This document shows, one piece after another, positions 58,287 through 64,000 of a stretch of 64,000 nucleotides of DNA. The position numbers and the translations under genes are program-made. This stretch comes from Planctomycetota bacterium (GTDB lineage Bacteria; Planctomycetota; UBA8108; SXIK01): NCBI GenBank assembly GCA_965223265.1, contig OZ244999.1, forward strand, positions 5,344,001-5,408,000. The letters are read 5' to 3'. The first letter of the stretch is position 1. Every line of letters starts with the position of its first letter. The notes beneath the pieces are model-generated. The model did not search any database and was not told the origin of the DNA. It saw only the letters and a program-made list of their open reading frames with translations.

Positions 58287-58331
58287 TTCACTGCACGGAT
58301 CCACTGCATTCACTGCACGGATTCACTGCAC
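58287..58331. repeat. Short tandem repeat of CACTGCA(CGGAT) units
   Basis: TTCACTGCACGGATCCACTGCATTCACTGCACGGATTCACTGCAC just downstream of thiL. Confidence 0.75.
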
Positions 58332-58347
58332 AGGCCGGCCGGTAAGT

Positions 58348-59442
58348 TCACGAGCGATCAGCTCCGTCGACCGCAGCACGCCGAAAATGGTCCCAACCGC
58401 GACGCGGTTGCAGCCGCACGCTACGGCCGCCTTGCTGCCGTAGACGAATTCCCGCCGCGCCGGTAACCGTCCCTATTTGCCGCAGCGCGACACCAAAACG
58501 ACGCTCGAAACGACGCACGATCGACGTGCTCAGGCTGCCTGGGGCGGTCATGAAGCACAGCTCGTACGCTTCCCCGCCGAAGAGCAAGAAACTGACCGGG
58601 TCTTCATTCAGGGCGCGCGCTGCGGACTCCAGCCGAGCGCCACCAGTCCACGACGCCGGGTCGAGCTCCACCCCGAGCTGGCCGCTTCGGGCGGCACGAC
58701 TCTCCGAGATAATGTGGTCGACATCCGCGACCAAACCATCGCTCACGTCGATCATGGCACGGGGCTTAGCATTTCGACGCAGAAACAGCGCCTCTGCGAC
58801 GCGGGCGCAGGGACGCCGGTAAGCCGCAACCGCGGCGCGAAGCGACGACGGCGGTGCCGGCAACTTGCGGCCGGGCTCTTCAGGCTCGGCGCGCCGAAGC
58901 CACTCGACGCCAGCGGCGGCAAGCCCCGGCTCACCCGTCACCCACACCTCGTCGCCCTCACGAGCGCCCGCGCGTTTCACGAGAACGCCCGCTTTCCCTT
59001 CACCTAACGCTGTCACATGGAGAGCCAGGGGGCCCCCACTCAGGTTGCCCCCGATGACGGCTGCACCGTAGTCGTCCGCCGCCCGCTGCACGCCGGATTG
59101 AATCTGACGAAACTCTCGCGTCGGAGCACCAACGGGGAGCGTCATCGAAACCAACACCGCGCGGGGCTCGGCTGCCATCGCCGCTAGATCGCTCACCGCA
59201 ACCGCAACCGCTCGGCGACCCAGCTGAGCGAGAGAGAGCCAGCGCCGCCGAAAGTGGATGCCCTCACACTGTGCGTCGACCGTCGCCACCACGGCCGTGC
59301 CGGGGTGCGGCCGCCACGCGGCAGCGTCGTCGCCGATGGCGATCGGAAAGCGTCGGCCGCCAGTGGCGGGAGCCCGATCGCGTGCCCATTCGATCCAGGC
59401 GAATTCTTGGCGCCCGCCGCCGCGCCGCGATCGCGCGCTCAC
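58348..59442 (-). CDS. thiL: Thiamine-monophosphate kinase
   Basis: IGDDAA, EGIHF, VSDLAAM.A.P, VTGEPG, MIDVSDGL, GGE.YEL, GWDHF. Confidence 0.95.
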   Translation of the reverse strand: MSARSRRGGGRQEFAWIEWARDRAPATGGRRFPIAIGDDAAAWRPHPGTAVVATVDAQCEGIHFRRRWLSLAQLGRRAVAVAVSDLAAMAAEPRAVLVSMTLPVGAPTREFRQIQSGVQRAADDYGAAVIGGNLSGGPLALHVTALGEGKAGVLVKRAGAREGDEVWVTGEPGLAAAGVEWLRRAEPEEPGRKLPAPPSSLRAAVAAYRRPCARVAEALFLRRNAKPRAMIDVSDGLVADVDHIISESRAARSGQLGVELDPASWTGGARLESAARALNEDPVSFLLFGGEAYELCFMTAPGSLSTSIVRRFERRFGVALRQIGTVTGAAGIRLRQQGGRSVRLQPRRGWDHFRRAAVDGADRS

Positions 59443-61583
59443 TCCTCTTCGTGATCCTGGTAGCGCCGGAGGCCGTGCGCGATTTCCTCCAGCCGACGAT
59501 CAACAAGGTCGAAGACACTTCCGGGGGTGTAACGCCCGCTTTTCAGCCGGCGACCGGCCGGAACGCCCGTGAGGATCTCAATACCCTGGTCGATCGTGTC
59601 GATCGCGAAGACATGAAACTTCCTCCTCGCGATCGCCTTGACGACATCTTGGCGCAGCACCAGTTCGCGAAGATTCTTGCTGGGAATGATCACTCCCTCG
59701 CGACCGGAAGGCCGAGAGGCGCGCACGCAATCAAAGAAGCCTTCGATCTTCTCATTCGCACCACCAATCGGCTGCATATCACCTTTCTGGTTGAGCGACC
59801 CGGTGACGGCGATGTCTTGACGTACGGGCAAACCCGATAGGCTCGAGAGGATGGCATAAATCTCCGACGCCGAAGCGCTGTCACCGTCGATGCCCGAGTA
59901 CGACTGCTCGAAACAGACGCTCGCCGTCAAGCTGAGCGGCCGGGTTTGCGCGAACAACGAGCGCAAATAGGCGACGAGAATGTGGACGCCCTTGTCGTGG
60001 CTGCGACCACTGAAGCCGACTTCTCGCTCGATGTTGATGATGCCGCTTTGCCCAACCGAAGTCTCGGCGGTGATGCGCGATGGTTTCGCGAACAGGTAGT
60101 CCCCCATGTCATAGATCGCCAGCCCGTTGACCTGGCCGATGCGCTCGCCAGACGTGGTGATCAGAATGGTCCCTTCGCTGATCATTTCGGAGATCTTCGT
60201 CTCGACCAGATTGAGCCGCAAAACCGCTTCGCTGACGGCTCGCTGCACGTCTGCGCCGGTGATGACCCGCCGGTTCTCCACGCGACACCAGTAGTCGGCC
60301 TCGCGCAGGAGGTCTTCGACGACAGCGGTTTCCGCGATCACTTTGCGTTTCCGACCGGCTTTGCGCACCGCGAACTCAAGCACGCGCGCGACGCCGCTCG
60401 CCGACACAGGTCGCAGCCCCCGCCGCTCGCAACTGCGCGACACGAGCGCCGGGTAGTCCTTGCGGATGATCTTCGACGTCAAAGGAACCTCGGAGTCGAA
60501 ATCAACGCGAATCTTAAACACGTCCGGAAAGTCGGGCTCAACCTCGAAGAGATGGTCATAGAGGCCGAAGTCGCCAACGAGAATCACTTTGGTGCGAATC
60601 GGAATCGGTTCGGGGCGCATGCCGCTGCGCGGCCCGGCGCCGTCGCTGTCGTCGATACAGAGGCGCCCGTACTTCAGGCACGTCTTCAGACCGTTCCAAA
60701 CGTTGAGGTGTCCCTGGAAATCGGCCGCGTTGAGGACCAAAACGCCGCCGTCGGCGCTCAAAAGCGAGCCGGCATGAATCTCTGAGAAGTGCGGTACCTG
60801 CCCCGCCTCCCCCATCGACCGGCGCCCAACCCAACCGAAAAGGTTCGACGCCGATGGATTCTGCTCGAAAATGACCGGCGCCTTCTTTCGTGCCGGTTGA
60901 GTGAGGAGGTTGATCTCGAAGTCCTCGATATAGGCGTCGAAAATATGATCGATCAAGTGACGCCGCCAGCCGCGCAGGAAGGACCGAATGGACTTGAGGG
61001 GAAACTCAGCGTCCAGCCCCGCCACGCCTTCACGTAGTACCTTGGCAGCGACGTTCTTGCGGTTCTGCTCTGGCACCTTGTCGAGCGCTCGGTGCAGTCG
61101 AACGAGAAGTGCGTGGACGCCATCAGCGAGCGCCGCACCGCGACCCGCAGGCAGCTCGAGAAGCTTCGGCCGCAGGGGGTCGGCGAAATTGTGCACGTAG
61201 CAGCGGTCGGGGGGCCGCTCCCACTCGAGGCGCTCGCGAGCGATGTGATCGACCAACTCCGCGATCGACTCGGTACTCGAGAGGCCGCAGATGAAAAGAT
61301 TGTAGCCGTGTCCGTGCATCGCCAAGCCAAGACTTAGGGTCTTGAGCGCCTGACGTTGTCCGAGCATGCCGCGGAGCGGGCGCACCTCCTTGGTGTTGCG
61401 GAAGTCGAACAGCTGCGGATCGCAGCTCCACGTCAACTGCTCGACTGGCACGCGCAAGCGGCGCACGCGCTGGGACACCTTCGCTCGCGTTGCGCGCAGC
61501 GGCAACGGACGCCGCGCAGCGGGTGCCGGCGCCGCCGTCTTGTAACTCTTTCCCCTGGACTTCTTCTTTTTCGCTTTGGCCAT
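59439..61583 (-). CDS. Lon-like protease, LonC type (S16 protease domain, degenerate AAA module)
   Basis: GQVNGL, FEQSY.GIDGDSAS (Ser), AVTGS.NQ.G..QPIGG.NEKIEGF (Lys); no intact Walker A. Confidence 0.92.
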   Translation of the reverse strand: MAKAKKKKSRGKSYKTAAPAPAARRPLPLRATRAKVSQRVRRLRVPVEQLTWSCDPQLFDFRNTKEVRPLRGMLGQRQALKTLSLGLAMHGHGYNLFICGLSSTESIAELVDHIARERLEWERPPDRCYVHNFADPLRPKLLELPAGRGAALADGVHALLVRLHRALDKVPEQNRKNVAAKVLREGVAGLDAEFPLKSIRSFLRGWRRHLIDHIFDAYIEDFEINLLTQPARKKAPVIFEQNPSASNLFGWVGRRSMGEAGQVPHFSEIHAGSLLSADGGVLVLNAADFQGHLNVWNGLKTCLKYGRLCIDDSDGAGPRSGMRPEPIPIRTKVILVGDFGLYDHLFEVEPDFPDVFKIRVDFDSEVPLTSKIIRKDYPALVSRSCERRGLRPVSASGVARVLEFAVRKAGRKRKVIAETAVVEDLLREADYWCRVENRRVITGADVQRAVSEAVLRLNLVETKISEMISEGTILITTSGERIGQVNGLAIYDMGDYLFAKPSRITAETSVGQSGIINIEREVGFSGRSHDKGVHILVAYLRSLFAQTRPLSLTASVCFEQSYSGIDGDSASASEIYAILSSLSGLPVRQDIAVTGSLNQKGDMQPIGGANEKIEGFFDCVRASRPSGREGVIIPSKNLRELVLRQDVVKAIARRKFHVFAIDTIDQGIEILTGVPAGRRLKSGRYTPGSVFDLVDRRLEEIAHGLRRYQDHEEE

Positions 61584-61867
61584 TGGATCTCGTGGCTGTT
61601 CTGCCGTCCGATCAGCGCCTTCTCGGCGGGCTGGGCGGCTCGTTCGACGCCGCCCCACGGCGACGCGGGGCGAGGCTCAGGATGAGTTATACACCAGGGC
61701 GCCGCCCGAGGAGACCCGGTTGTTTCGAGACAACTGGCTAACAGCAGCGGGAAGAGGCAACGGCTGCCCCCTAACTCCAAAGAGAGCCTCACTCTACCGC
61801 GCGACGGAAACCGCGGAGCGGGGCGACAAATGGAGCTTGTGACAGCCGGAAGGCGGCGTGGAAGAAG

Positions 61868-61897
61868 TTGACTTCGGCCAACGCGCAGTCCTACAAT
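61868..61897 (+). promoter_or_regulatory. Sigma70-type promoter for small lipoprotein 1
   Basis: TTGACT-N18-TACAAT. Confidence 0.5.
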
Positions 61898-62143
61898 GGA
61901 CGTTCCCTGAATGGGAGATTCGGAGTCGTTCCTGACTTTGCCGTCTCCTGACACACCTAGCCTAAAAACTGGCCTGCAACCAAGAGAGCAGCTGTCACCA
62001 CGGCGTCCGTCACACGACCCGAATGACAGTTGAATCACTCAAGTTGATCCGGAATTCCGCCAATGTTCCGGTCCGTCGTCGTCAGGCTGTAGGAATTCGT
62101 AAGATTGAAGCACGCGCTCCGCCAGGAGCGTCGGGAGGATTTC

Positions 62144-62353
62144 ATGCTCAAACGATTGTTGATCGTCGCTGGTCTCGTCGGAATGTTTGTTCCCTTCGGT
62201 GCGGGCTGCAACACCACAGAGCCGGTCATGTGGAGTTGGCCGCATCACAAACGCCGCATCATGACCGTGCTCGATGGGTTCCATCGCTTCCATATGGATG
62301 TCGATCGCATCATCTTCGACATGGAAGAGCACCCGATCGAGTCGGAGTACTAG
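62144..62353 (+). CDS. Small lipoprotein 1
   Basis: GGAGG RBS; MLKRLLIVAGLVGMFVPFGAGC lipobox. Confidence 0.75.
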   Translation: MLKRLLIVAGLVGMFVPFGAGCNTTEPVMWSWPHHKRRIMTVLDGFHRFHMDVDRIIFDMEEHPIESEY

Positions 62354-62793
62354 GCACTCCACGCAGACCGGGCTCTGCCGCTGTCTGAGTGTTTGACGTC
62401 TGCGCCTGACCGCCCACTTCCGAGAATCACCTCCGAACATCACCTCCGAGCACTCCATTACCGGGTATTGGAGCTCAAGAAAGAATTCAGCACACACTGA
62501 CGGACGCCTCCGTGGCGTCCGTTTTCTTTTTCGGGCGCTCGCACACCTGCCCGGCGTTTTCCCTGCACAGGAAGCCTCGCCCACGCCGAAAGCAATGGTG
62601 GCTCCCCGTTTGTTTTGCACCAGCTGCGAGCGGGCTAGCCACCCGAAATGCTTTCAGCTCGCTGCCAGCCCTCGCACAGCGTCTTCGGAAGTTGTCGAGG
62701 TGAAGCCCGATGCTATTCTTTTTCTGAGTTCAAATCGCTGCTCGATCCGTAGGGGACCTGATCCCCGGCGTCTCAGCGTCCACGGAGGATTGC

Positions 62794-63018
62794 ATGATTT
62801 CGCGTGTTTGCCTTGTCGCCGTCTTGCTCGCCGGTTCATTTCTCGCTGGTTGCGGCTCCTGTCGCTGTGTCGGCCTTGAGCCACCTCGATTCAAGGTGTG
62901 CAACGGCGGCCGCATCGTCGACGAGTTCCGCTGGCTCTACGCCGATATTCAAGACACGATCTTCGGCGTCGACTACAACTACGACATGGATCACGAGTTC
63001 GACACCGATCCTTATTGA
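62794..63018 (+). CDS. Small lipoprotein 2
   Basis: GGAGG RBS; MISRVCLVAVLLAGSFLAGC lipobox. Confidence 0.75.
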   Translation: MISRVCLVAVLLAGSFLAGCGSCRCVGLEPPRFKVCNGGRIVDEFRWLYADIQDTIFGVDYNYDMDHEFDTDPY

Positions 63019-63284
63019 TCGCAGCGTACGGTAACGCCCGGATCTGCGGCTACCGCGGGTTCCGGGCGCGCCAAGGCGGCACTCTTCGTTGTCAGAACGC
63101 TGCCTCTCCGCGCGACTCGTGTGCGGCGTAGCCGCTTCTCGTCCCCCACAGGACCATCGTGCGCCAATTCGCCTGCGTCGGCCGATGGTCTCACCGTGCT
63201 GCAAAGACTCCTCCAGACCTTCTCTGATCGGTCTGCGGATTCTTGCTGCTCAACACAGGAGTGCGTGGGCAGAGCTTCGCCCCC

Positions 63285-64000
63285 TCACGCTCCGCGACCA
63301 AGTCGCCGCAACACGTCGTCGGCCCATTGCCCGGGATCGGCAGCACCGGATGCGATCCACTCGATCGGCATCTTGCGAAACCAAGTGAGCTGTCGTTTGG
63401 CGAAACGACGTGTGCTCTGCTGTACACGCGCGATAATCTCTGCTTCAGTCTCCCCCGCTTCCCAGCCGGCAATCACCTCCTTGTAGCCGATGACTTGAAG
63501 CGCGCTGCGCGAAAGCGGCGAACGTCGCCCGCGCGCCCGGCGAATCTCGTCGAAGAGTCCGGCGTCCACCATGCACTCGACGCGCCGGTTGATGCGTTCG
63601 TAGAGCGTCTCTCGGTCCCATTGGATTCCGAAGATCCTCGCCGGACGTCGCCGCTCCCCGGGTCGATCACCCCACTCGCGGCGCGCACTCGGCAGCTCGC
63701 CCGTCTGTTTGTGGATTTCGAGGGCGCGCACGAGACGGCGCAGATCGGTGGCGTGGATTCTCTCGGCGGAAGCTCGGTCGATCGCAGCTAAACGGACGTG
63801 TAGCGATTCACTGCCCTGAGCTGCAGCCTCGCGCATCAGCTGCCGGCGAAAACCCCAATCAGCCGCAGGTCCGTCGCGAAATCCGTCGAGAAACGACTTC
63901 AGATAGAGCGCCGTGCCGCCACAGAGGATCGCCGGCGTCGACCTCGTCTCGAGCTCGTCGAGGACTGCCTCAAGTCGGCACAAATACTCGCCGGTGCTAA
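63285..64000 (-). CDS. miaA: tRNA dimethylallyltransferase, 3' part (start outside window)
   Basis: GGTALYL, IH..D.RR..RALE, IGYKE, TRRFAKRQLTWFR. Confidence 0.95.
   Translation of the reverse strand, partial: STGEYLCRLEAVLDELETRSTPAILCGGTALYLKSFLDGFRDGPAADWGFRRQLMREAAAQGSESLHVRLAAIDRASAERIHATDLRRLVRALEIHKQTGELPSARREWGDRPGERRRPARIFGIQWDRETLYERINRRVECMVDAGLFDEIRRARGRRSPLSRSALQVIGYKEVIAGWEAGETEAEIIARVQQSTRRFAKRQLTWFRKMPIEWIASGAADPGQWADDVLRRLGRGA

Overview
GC-rich bacterial chromosome segment, most consistent with a Planctomycetota lineage (inferred from planctomycete-type hypothetical proteins, an orphan dnaA and many prepilin-like genes). Most of it is housekeeping: zinc-ribbon protein/rpoD/dnaG/rsmA, a divergent dnaA, ychF/tatC, coaE/rho, five pseudopilins, accBC, an HtrA protease, sugar isomerase and kinase, glgP, purD, recA, tRNA-Ile2, HU, parA, thiL, a LonC-type protease and miaA. 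The most unusual part is a minus-strand tRNA array at about 44.1-45.6 kb that the ORF track does not show. It has 9 apparently intact tRNAs, including short-arm Leu tRNAs and a Ser(TGA) with a Sec-like D arm, and at least 6 decayed tRNAs. Upstream it has an rrn-type boxA, a 52-codon leader ORF whose stop lies in a long hairpin, and an ECF-like promoter with a palindrome, which a roughly 180-bp MITE has separated from the leader. The MITE occurs 4 times in the window, plus one lone end. All calls were made by eye from motifs, with no database searches.
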